Assembly (NCBI GenBank): GCA_964497615.1
Contig: CAZCEC010000018.1
Span: 1,176-65,175 of the forward strand
Direction of reading: 5' to 3'
Origin: an uncultured Anaerolineales bacterium
GTDB lineage: Bacteria > Chloroflexota > Anaerolineae > Anaerolineales > UBA6663
Length of the DNA stretch: 64,000 nt
Of the stretch, positions 1-6,938 are shown in pieces (position 1 is the first letter of the stretch; each line of letters starts with the position of its first letter). A model generated the notes under the pieces. The model had not been told where the DNA came from, did no database searches, and saw nothing but the letters and a program-made list of their open reading frames with translations. The position numbers were made by a program, and so were the translations under genes.

Positions 1-2553
1 GTTGGTCAGGACCAGGCCGCCGGTGACGTGCAGTCCGCCCGCATTGCCGGTGGCGACGTTGTAGGCGAGGGTGCTGTCGGTGACTGTAGTCGGGCTGCTG
101 CTGGCGAGGCCGCCGCCAGTGGCGGCGGTGTTGCTGAACACCTGGCCGCGCAGGATGGTGAGGCTATCAGATGCAGCACCCGCGCTCCAGACACCGCCGC
201 CGTTGAGACCCTGGTTGCCGGCCACCACACTATCCACCAGCCGTATGTGACCAAGACTGCTATAGATACCGCCGCCGCCGTCGTAGTCGTCGTCAAAGCC
301 AGCGACGTTGCCCTGAATGAGGCTGTTGGTGATGGTGACAGCACCACCATCGTTGCTTAAGCCGCCCCCATAGTGGTAGACGGAATTGGATAGCACACCG
401 GAGCCGGATATCCAGGCGCTGGCCTGAAGCCCGAGGTTGGCGAGACCGCCGCCAACGCCTGCGGTGTTGGCGTTGAGGGAGGCGCCAGTCATCGTCAGCC
501 AGCCGCTGTTGAAGAGGCCGCCGCCGCCGAGGGCGGTGTTGGCCGAAAAGTCCGCGTCGAACACGGTAAGGTGCCCGAGATTGGCAAGGCCGCCACCGTC
601 GTTACCGGCGGCATTGTTCGCCAATGTGCCGCCATTAATGGATAGAAGGCCAATCGCTGCAAACGGCATGGATTGGTTGTGAAGGGCGCCGCCCAATTTG
701 CTGGCGGTATTGCTGATAAAGTCTGTGTCTACCACAGCGGCAGAGCCGAAGTTGCTGAGCGCCCCTCCGTCCTCGCCGGAGTTGCCTTCGAACTCATTGC
801 CGGACAACGCCAATGAACCCCAGTTCAAAATGGCGCCGCCGCGCGGCGTGAACGGGGGCGAAGCCAATGGAACGCTATTGCTAACAAATTCGCTTTCAGA
901 GATGGTCAGATCGCCATCGTTGTAAATGCCGCCGCCGCCAAGGCCGGCCAGGTTGGAGGCAAAGGTGCTCGAAGACACGATGGCAACGGCCGGCGAACTA
1001 TCGGGTTGAAACTCATTGGCAAAGCCACCTCCATACTGACCGGCGCTGTTGCTGATGACTGTCGTGTCTGTAATGCCCATCCAGCCAGCGTTGAAAAGGG
1101 CGCCGCCGTAGACACTCCAATTGTCCACAATGTAGGAATTTACCAGGGTGAATTGGCCCTCGTTGGCCGCCGCGCTTCCCAGGTGCGCGGTGTTGGAGAT
1201 GAACTGCACTTCACTGAGGCTGGCAAGCCCAGCCCCATTGAAGAGGCCGCCGCCGGGGCCAAAGGCAGAGACGAAATTGCCAGCGATGGTCGTATTGGTA
1301 ATGAGGGCCGTGGTGGCGGTGAGATACAGGCCGCCGCCGGAGAGGGAGGCGGTGTTGCTGAGGATGTGGCTGGCAGTCAAGGTCAGGGGGGCTTCGGCGT
1401 AGATGCCGCCGCCATTTTGGCTGGCGGTGTTGCTGACAATGGTGGTGCCGGAGATGACCAGGGGCGCGCCGCCGGGATATTGGTAGATGCCGCCCCCGCT
1501 GTTGCCCAGGATGGTGCTGTCCGCAATGAGGGAGGGCGGCGTTGGGCCTTCGAGTAGCAGGCCCAAGTTGAGGATGCCGCCCGAATACGTGATGGCCTCG
1601 TTGTAGGCGATGAGGCTGCCGGTGACCGTCATCTGGCCGAAGCTGGCAAGGCCGCCGGTGCCGGCGGCGTGGTTGTAGGCGACGGTGCTGGAGATGAGCG
1701 AGAGGTGGTGGGTGTTGAACATGCCGCCGATCTCGATGGCGGTGTTGCTCACGATCTCGCTCTGCTCGATCTGCATGACACCGTACGGCCAGTTGATCAC
1801 CCCGCTGCCTTGCCCGGCGGTGTTGCCCTCCACGCGGCTCGCAACGATGCGGGCTGTGGTAGTCACGGCGCCGACCAGGTTCCAGAATTCGCCATGCGCC
1901 AGGCCGCCGCCCAGGTTGGCGGTGTTGCTCAGTATGTCGCTGGCAGAGACCAGAAGGTCGCCATCACTGAAGATGCCGCCGCCGATGATAGCGCCGGTGT
2001 TGCTGATGACTCGGCTGTCGCGCAGCGTGAGCGTGCCTTGATTGAGTATCCCGCTTCCGTTCTGGAAGGCCCCAATCGTCAGGCTTCCGCCAGTGATCGT
2101 GACATTCTCAATCGTGATGGCCGCCGTTGGGGTGATCTCAATAACCCGGTCGCCGAAGAGGGCGCCGGTGGTGGAGATGATGGTGGTGGAGGAGAGCGCG
2201 CCGGAGAGGGTCAGGTCATCGGTGAGGTCGAGGTCGCCGGTGAGGGCGGCGTCTTCATCGCTGCCGGCGAGGGTGAGGGTGTAGGTACCCGAAGGGAGGG
2301 TAATGGTGTCGTGGCCGGGGGAGGCGTTGGCGGCGATGATGGCTTCGCGCAGGGAGCAGTCAAGGTCGCACACGCCGTCGGCGGTGTCGTCGGTCTTGGT
2401 GACGGTGAAGGCTGCCGTGGGGGCATGCGGTTTTGCGGCCGGACGGGCGCGGGCGTGGCAGGCGCGGGCGGGGGCGACGCCGAGGGAGCCGAGGGCGAGG
2501 AGGAGGGCGGCGAGGAGGCGGAGGGGCTTATGCGGTTGGGAGATGAAGGGCAT
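1..2553 (-). CDS. Secreted right-handed beta-helix protein with N-terminal CSLREA-type motif and polymorphic-membrane-protein-like repeats; partial, C-terminus lies beyond the left window edge (>=851 aa)
   Basis: Absent from ORF track because there is no stop in the window. My translation of the reverse strand from ATG 2553 gives MPFISQPHKPLRLLAALLLALGSLGVAPARA (signal peptide), then TKTDDTADGVCDLDCSLREAIIAANASPGHDTITL, then more than 20 degenerate repeats (SNTA..GGGLY, GGGIF, GGALFN, GGGLAN). The frame is open to nt 1. AGGGGGA purines lie 5 nt upstream of the ATG. Paralog of 27145..29466. Confidence 0.8.
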   Translation of the reverse strand, partial: MPFISQPHKPLRLLAALLLALGSLGVAPARACHARARPAAKPHAPTAAFTVTKTDDTADGVCDLDCSLREAIIAANASPGHDTITLPSGTYTLTLAGSDEDAALTGDLDLTDDLTLSGALSSTTIISTTGALFGDRVIEITPTAAITIENVTITGGSLTIGAFQNGSGILNQGTLTLRDSRVISNTGAIIGGGIFSDGDLLVSASDILSNTANLGGGLAHGEFWNLVGAVTTTARIVASRVEGNTAGQGSGVINWPYGVMQIEQSEIVSNTAIEIGGMFNTHHLSLISSTVAYNHAAGTGGLASFGQMTVTGSLIAYNEAITYSGGILNLGLLLEGPTPPSLIADSTILGNSGGGIYQYPGGAPLVISGTTIVSNTASQNGGGIYAEAPLTLTASHILSNTASLSGGGLYLTATTALITNTTIAGNFVSAFGPGGGLFNGAGLASLSEVQFISNTAHLGSAAANEGQFTLVNSYIVDNWSVYGGALFNAGWMGITDTTVISNSAGQYGGGFANEFQPDSSPAVAIVSSSTFASNLAGLGGGGIYNDGDLTISESEFVSNSVPLASPPFTPRGGAILNWGSLALSGNEFEGNSGEDGGALSNFGSAAVVDTDFISNTASKLGGALHNQSMPFAAIGLLSINGGTLANNAAGNDGGGLANLGHLTVFDADFSANTALGGGGLFNSGWLTMTGASLNANTAGVGGGLANLGLQASAWISGSGVLSNSVYHYGGGLSNDGGAVTITNSLIQGNVAGFDDDYDGGGGIYSSLGHIRLVDSVVAGNQGLNGGGVWSAGAASDSLTILRGQVFSNTAATGGGLASSSPTTVTDSTLAYNVATGNAGGLHVTGGLVLTN

Positions 2554-2601
2554 GATTTCCCCCTGGTGTGCGCCCCCTGATTACATGTCGAGAATAACCG
2601 G

Positions 2602-2610
2602 ATCGTACCA
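2602..2610 (-). promoter_or_regulatory. Candidate extended -10 (TGgTACGAT) for the beta-helix protein gene
   Basis: Reverse strand reads gaaaagTGgTACGATcc, about 42 nt upstream of ATG 2553. There is no recognisable -35; that position is occupied by the C10 tract. Confidence 0.35.
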
Positions 2611-2616
2611 CTTTTC

Positions 2617-2626
2617 GGGGGGGGGG
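2617..2626. repeat. G10 homopolymer (C10 on the reverse strand)
   Basis: Counted directly: cttttc-GGGGGGGGGG-aagt. It lies in the divergent intergenic region between the genes starting at 2553 (-) and 2861 (+). Confidence 0.95.
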
Positions 2627-2860
2627 AAGTGATAGTCGTCACTGCATGACACGGGCCGGCGGTGGACTATCCTGGCACAGGGAGAAAACGGAGAAAGCTG
2701 GGCGGAGTGGAAGGAATTCTGGGTGCGCGGATGGCGCGCGACACGGAGGTTACCGCGACGGTAACTTAGTCGTTCCCGCGCTGTAACCGGGCGGGGAACT
2801 GGGTGTGAACGTGGGCCCCTAGAGTGACGGTCAAAGAGGATCGTCACCTGGGAGGGGACC

Positions 2861-3673
2861 ATGAACACGCTCAACACGACCGACACCAAGATTCCTCGGC
2901 GGAGTGCGCCTCGGAATGACAACATTGGCGGGAGGGTTAGCCGGCGGGGGTTTCTGAAGCTGGGGTTGGCGGTGCTGGCGGCGGTGGCGATGCCGCCCGA
3001 GACGGCGATGGCGGTGGCGCCCAATTCGGCATTGCTGCCGGGGGACGAAGCGCCCGCGCCGCAGCCGGCCGCTGTGGAGGCCGACGCCGCGGTGCTGCGC
3101 TATGCCGTTCGCCTGGACCACGTGTATGACGTGCCGAACGGCGCGACCGTGCTGCGCCACCCCGTGCCCAGCCTGGGCACCGTCATCGGCGCCAACGCTG
3201 TCCTGACCCACAATCACTTCCACGCGGAGACGGGGCGGCTGGACAACGAGGCCATGCGCTTCGACGCCCCTGGCCAGCCGGCCGCCCGCGTGCCCATGGG
3301 CGACCTGGCGCACACGCGCCTCAATGACCAGACGACCCAATTCGCGCTCGGCGGCGAGTGGCGGCCCACTGCCGTTTATGCGCCCATCGCCGAGGCTGCC
3401 ACGCTGGCCGCCCTGCGGCCTGGCGACATGGTGACGGTGGTGTATTGGGACGATGCGGCTCAGTCGCTGGCGGTGACGGCCTGCGCCATCGCCGCCGTCA
3501 GCCCGGGCGTGCTCACCCTGGCCGACCCGGACAACCTGTTCAACGGCGGCGACTCGGGCGGGGGGGTGTTCTACCAGGGCGAGTTGGTGGGCAACACGTG
3601 GGGTTTCCTCACCGACCAAACGGGCGCGCGGCTGGGGCTGGTGAATGTGGCGCTGGTCAATGCCGGGAAATGA
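2861..3673 (+). CDS. Tat-signal trypsin-like (chymotrypsin-fold) serine protease
   Basis: 270-aa ORF. SRRGFLKLGLAVLAAVA is a twin-arginine signal. LTHNHF is the candidate His motif and GDSGGGVF the Ser motif. GGGAGGGG RBS ends 3 nt before the ATG. Confidence 0.75.
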   Translation: MNTLNTTDTKIPRRSAPRNDNIGGRVSRRGFLKLGLAVLAAVAMPPETAMAVAPNSALLPGDEAPAPQPAAVEADAAVLRYAVRLDHVYDVPNGATVLRHPVPSLGTVIGANAVLTHNHFHAETGRLDNEAMRFDAPGQPAARVPMGDLAHTRLNDQTTQFALGGEWRPTAVYAPIAEAATLAALRPGDMVTVVYWDDAAQSLAVTACAIAAVSPGVLTLADPDNLFNGGDSGGGVFYQGELVGNTWGFLTDQTGARLGLVNVALVNAGK

Positions 3674-3704
3674 AAGGAAGTTAGGGAAGCGCGGGACTTA
3701 TCGC

Positions 3705-4187
3705 TTAAGTCTCAAGCCTGACGCGGGCGACGTGGCCCTGGGTGGCGCGCAGGAGGTCGGCGGGGGTGAGGCAGAAGAGGGCGTTGGGGGTGCCGGCGGC
3801 GGCCCAGATTTCGGCGTGGGGGAGGAGGTCTTCATCAATGAAGGTGGGGATGGGCTCGAGGTGGCCGACGGGGGGCACGCCGCCGATGGCGAAGCCGGTA
3901 CGGGCGCGGACGAAATCGGCGTCGGCCTTGGCGAGGGGCTCGCCGAGGAGGGCGGCGATGGTTTTTTCATCCACGCGATTGGCGCCGGAGGTGAGGACGA
4001 GGACGGGGCGGTCACTCTGCGGGGCGCGGAAGAGGATGGATTTGACGATCTGGCCGAGGGTGCAGCCGACGGCGGCGGCGGCCTCGGGGGCGGTGCGGGT
4101 GCTCTGGGGCAACTCGACGACGTTGAGGGTCAGGCCGGCGGCGGCGAGGGCGTCTTGGACGCGCTGGGCGGAGGGGGAGAGGGACAT
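3705..4187 (-). CDS. YbaK/EbsC/ProX-type aminoacyl-tRNA editing deacylase
   Basis: ORF 3705..4226. I prefer the internal ATG at 4187 (MSLSPSAQRVQDALAAAGL...), giving 160 aa, typical for the family. Motifs TRTAPEAAAAVGC, KSILF and GGVPPVGH match my memory of the YbaK domain. Confidence 0.8.
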   Translation of the reverse strand: MSLSPSAQRVQDALAAAGLTLNVVELPQSTRTAPEAAAAVGCTLGQIVKSILFRAPQSDRPVLVLTSGANRVDEKTIAALLGEPLAKADADFVRARTGFAIGGVPPVGHLEPIPTFIDEDLLPHAEIWAAAGTPNALFCLTPADLLRATQGHVARVRLET

Positions 4188-4276
4188 GGGAAGGAGGAAG
4201 GATGAATTATGAAGGATGAAGGTCACGACCCCCCTTGGGCCAGGAGTGACCCCAGGGGGGTGAAGAGTGAGGAAAG

Positions 4277-4282
4277 ATTATA
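4277..4282 (-). promoter_or_regulatory. TATAAT -10 candidate upstream of the YbaK-like gene
   Basis: Plus strand reads attata; reverse strand reads gtcTATAATctttcc, about 90 nt upstream of ATG 4187. Confidence 0.3.
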
Positions 4283-4384
4283 GACGAAGGACGAACCCCG
4301 CGAAATGCTGTGGGGCAGGCGACGAAGGACGAAGATGGCGGAGGCAAGGTGAAGGGTGATGGGCGGAGGGCGAAAGTGGCGGGC

Positions 4385-4426
4385 GAAGGACGGAAGACGA
4401 AGGACGAAGGACGGAAGACGAAGCAC
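4385..4426. repeat. Six tandem heptamers (GAAGGAC/GGAAGAC/GAAGCAC) inside a purine-rich spacer spanning about 4283..4460
   Basis: Read directly: gaaggac ggaagac gaaggac gaaggac ggaagac gaagcac. More gacgaaggacgaa copies occur near 4284 and 4321. Confidence 0.9.
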
Positions 4427-4464
4427 AAAGGATGAAGGACGGGGGTTGGAGGATGATAGGCGGG

Positions 4465-4926
4465 TTAGGTGGGATTGAGTGAGAGGGTCTTCCAGTGCGT
4501 CTCGAATTTTTCGATGCGGCGGCGGATGTACCAGATGTGGGGGTCGGCGGCGCGGCGCTCGGCGCGGAGCTTCCACATGGCGTCGGCGGCGGAGTAGCCC
4601 TGGGCAATGAGGATGGCAGCGGCCTGGGCGACGCTGCGGTGCTTGCCGTGGTGGCAGTGGACGAAGACCTTGCCGCCGGACTCAATGACGGGCAGGGCGG
4701 CGCGGACGCCGCGCTCCAGGGCGCGCATGGGGATGGGGGTGAGGAAGGTATCAATGGTGCGCAGCCAGAGCGAAGCCAGGGGGGGCTGGGAGAAGACGGG
4801 GTGGGGCCGGAACTCGCCGCGCATGGAGATGACGAGGCCGATGCCAAGGTCGCATAGGGCAGGGGCGTCGGCGGGGGCGGGTTGGGCGCCGACGAAGAGG
4901 AAGTCGGTGATTTGGGAGATGTCCAT
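4465..4926 (-). CDS. Dual-specificity / protein-tyrosine phosphatase (HCX5R active site)
   Basis: 153-aa ORF. VHCHHGKHRS matches the HCxxGxxR(S/T) P-loop. Confidence 0.8.
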   Translation of the reverse strand: MDISQITDFLFVGAQPAPADAPALCDLGIGLVISMRGEFRPHPVFSQPPLASLWLRTIDTFLTPIPMRALERGVRAALPVIESGGKVFVHCHHGKHRSVAQAAAILIAQGYSAADAMWKLRAERRAADPHIWYIRRRIEKFETHWKTLSLNPT

Positions 4927-4945
4927 TAGGAGGACGACCGACGAC

Positions 4946-4999
4946 GCGGCTGAGTACAGCCACGCGGCTGACTACAGCCACGCGGCTGACTACAGCCGT
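4946..4999. repeat. 3 x 18-bp tandem repeat, each unit an internal dyad (GGCTG-N4-CAGCC)
   Basis: Units are gcggctgagtacagccac, gcggctgactacagccac and gcggctgactacagccgt. They lie 20-73 nt upstream of the phosphatase ATG (4926, minus strand) and are flanked by acgaccgacg on both sides. Confidence 0.9.
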
Positions 5000-5049
5000 T
5001 AACGACCGACGGCGGCCAAAAGGCGTGGGATTTCGTTCGGTCCCGATGG

Positions 5050-5184
5050 CTATTCATCGAAGGGAGTTGCATCATCTTTGTAGATGAGACTGCGATATGG
5101 CGGTTCAAGCTCGGCCTGGGCGGCGGGGACTTCTGCGAGCTCAATGTCGCGCTCGGTGTCGCGCGGAGCCGGGGAGGCGACCAT
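5050..5184 (-). CDS. Small acidic hypothetical protein (44 aa), predicted leaderless
   Basis: Internal ATG of ORF 5050..5289, giving MVASPAPRDTERDIELAEVPAAQAELEPPYRSLIYKDDATPFDE. TATAAT (5196..5191), then 6 nt (agcccc), then the ATG: the same geometry as at rsmG. Confidence 0.4.
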   Translation of the reverse strand: MVASPAPRDTERDIELAEVPAAQAELEPPYRSLIYKDDATPFDE

Positions 5185-5288
5185 GGGGCTATTATAGCCG
5201 GACGGAGACAGGCTTACCGATGAATTGCACGAAGGGTCCAGATCGAAAAGCCCCTGGCGGATGCCAGGGGCTTTTGGGTCGGGCCGCA

Positions 5289-5783
5289 TTACGCCTGCAG
5301 CCGCGCGAGCATTTCGTCCATACGCTCGGCGGACTCGTTGGCGCCGTCTTCCATGCCGGTGGCCAGCAGGCCGTCGCGCTCTTCCTTAGTCTTGAAACGC
5401 GTGTAGGAGGTGAGGATGGTGCGGCCGTCGTGCTCCTCGAAAGTGTAGGTCTCTTCGCCGGGCTCCACACCTTCGGGCAGACCGTCGTAGCCAAAGGTCC
5501 AAGTGATGCGCTCGGGGGCAACCACTTCGCGGTACTCGCCGAAGAAGTTCATGACGCTGCCGTCGGGGCCGTGCGAGACGAAGTGCCATTTGCCGCCGGG
5601 GCGGGCGTCCAGCGTCTCGACAATGGTGGTGTACGTGCGCCATCCCCACCACTGCGGGATCAGCGCCGGATCCACGTGGGCGCGGAAGACCAGCTCGCGC
5701 GGGGCGTTGAAGGTGCGGGTCATCACCAACTCGGTGTCGGAGGGCAGGGTTATCTGGTAACCGGTCTTGGTCGTGGCGGCCAT
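5289..5783 (-). CDS. SRPBCC-superfamily protein, AHSA1 (activator of Hsp90 ATPase homolog 1-like) domain
   Basis: Starts at MAATTKTGYQITLPSDTELVMTRTFNAPRELVFRAH. The ATG at 5783 lies 1 nt after the ArsR stop. The ArsR + AHSA1 pairing is a common two-gene arrangement. Confidence 0.8.
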   Translation of the reverse strand: MAATTKTGYQITLPSDTELVMTRTFNAPRELVFRAHVDPALIPQWWGWRTYTTIVETLDARPGGKWHFVSHGPDGSVMNFFGEYREVVAPERITWTFGYDGLPEGVEPGEETYTFEEHDGRTILTSYTRFKTKEERDGLLATGMEDGANESAERMDEMLARLQA

Positions 5784-5784
5784 G

Positions 5785-6102
5785 TTAGGGTTCCTTTTTC
5801 TGCAAAACTTGTAGGTGTTCTTCCAGGCGGTCGTAGCTGGCTTCCTTGAAGCGGCGGTAGCTGTCCAGCCAGGCGTCCAGCGCTCGAAACGGCTCGGCGC
5901 GGAGGCGGTAGATGCGCTGCTGGGCGGAGGGGTGCACATCCACCAACCCGGCTTCGCTGAGGATGCGCAAGTGCTTGGAGACTTGCGGCTGGCGGAGTTG
6001 GAGCGTCGCGGCAATCTCACCCACTGGGCGAGGGCCCTCGCGCAGGAGTTCGACGATCCGCAGACGGTTTGGCTGAGCCAGGGCAGTGAGGGTCGGAAGC
6101 AC
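5785..6102 (-). CDS. ArsR/SmtB-family metalloregulator-type transcriptional repressor
   Basis: LAQPNRLRIVELLREGPRPVGEIAATLQLRQPQVSKHLRILSEAGLV is a winged helix-turn-helix of ArsR type. I prefer the GTG start at 6102 because the promoter lies inside the longer ORF; the alternative is TTG at 6138. Confidence 0.8.
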   Translation of the reverse strand: MLPTLTALAQPNRLRIVELLREGPRPVGEIAATLQLRQPQVSKHLRILSEAGLVDVHPSAQQRIYRLRAEPFRALDAWLDSYRRFKEASYDRLEEHLQVLQKKEP

Positions 6103-6108
6103 GGATTG

Positions 6109-6146
6109 AATATACCACACGGAGAATATTCCTGTCAAGGAATATT
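6109..6146 (-). promoter_or_regulatory. arsR promoter with overlapping palindromic operator
   Basis: Reverse strand carries TTGACA (6138..6133), an 18-nt spacer, and TGgTATATT (6117..6109), followed by caatcc and GTG 6102. An inverted repeat AATATTCC (6125..6132) / GGAATATT (6139..6146) exactly brackets the -35 hexamer. Confidence 0.55.
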
Positions 6147-6209
6147 TCGCGGAAATTGGGTTAGGTCAGCGGAAGATCAAGTGTCGTCAGTCGTCCGGAC
6201 AGGCGGCGA

Positions 6210-6926
6210 CTATCTTAGCGGACTCTTGGCGGGCACTCCCGGCCGGCGGGGGTAGGCGGGCGGGGTGAGGGCGGTTTTGGAGTAGACGACGAGGTGGCGG
6301 GTCTCGACGATGCCGGGCAGTTCGATAGGGATGACCTGGGCGAGGGTGCCGCCGAGGCGGTGGACGGCGTGTTCGGCGGCGTGAGCCTCGGCGGGGGCGT
6401 CGTGGCCCTTTTGGGCGATGGCGAGGCCGCCGAGGCGGACAAGGGGCAAGAGATACTCGGCCAGGACGGGCATCTCGGCCACGGCGCGGGCGACGGCGAA
6501 GTCGTACTGTTCGCGATGGGCGGGGTCCTGACCGAGGTCTTCGGCGCGGGCCTTGATGACGGTGACGCCGGTGAGGCGAAGTTTTTCCACCAGGGCCTGG
6601 AGGAAGGTGATCTTCTTGCCGGTGGCCTCGACCAGGGTGAGGCGCAGGTCGGGGCAGAGGAGCTTGAGGGGCAGGCCGGGGATGCCGGCGCCGGTGCCCA
6701 CATCCACCAGGCGGGCGCGGCCCCAGCCGGAGGGCAAGGCCTTGAGCAGGGAGAGCGAGTCGAGGAAGTGCTTGATCTGGATGCCGTCATCGTCGGTGAT
6801 GGCAGTGAGGTTGAAGCGCTCGCTCCAGGCGCGCAGCTCGGCGGCGTAGGTCTCGAAGAGGGCCAGGTGGGCGGGGGCGAGGTCGAGGCCGAGGAGGGTG
6901 CGGGCGCCGAGGGTGAGGCGGTGCAT
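6210..6926 (-). CDS. rsmG: 16S rRNA (guanine527-N7)-methyltransferase
   Basis: 238 aa. FNLTAI, HFLDSL and VDVGTGAGIPGLPLKL (SAM-binding motif) are typical of RsmG/GidB. Confidence 0.9.
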   Translation of the reverse strand: MHRLTLGARTLLGLDLAPAHLALFETYAAELRAWSERFNLTAITDDDGIQIKHFLDSLSLLKALPSGWGRARLVDVGTGAGIPGLPLKLLCPDLRLTLVEATGKKITFLQALVEKLRLTGVTVIKARAEDLGQDPAHREQYDFAVARAVAEMPVLAEYLLPLVRLGGLAIAQKGHDAPAEAHAAEHAVHRLGGTLAQVIPIELPGIVETRHLVVYSKTALTPPAYPRRPGVPAKSPLR

Positions 6927-6932
6927 GGGGAC

Positions 6933-6938
6933 ATTATA
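6933..6938 (-). promoter_or_regulatory. TATAAT -10 positioned for leaderless transcription of rsmG
   Basis: Reverse strand reads ccgcTTATAATgtccccATG. Six nt separate the hexamer from the ATG (6926). No Shine-Dalgarno is present. Confidence 0.5.

Noticed and set aside
4915-4935. Anti-Shine-Dalgarno-like CCTCC immediately upstream of several minus-strand starts (phosphatase 4926, YbaK-like 4187, DUF1537 kinase 42358).
   Set aside because: This is probably a by-product of the G/purine-rich plus-strand spacers. Three cases seen by eye are not enough to claim a signal, and it would need genome-wide statistics.
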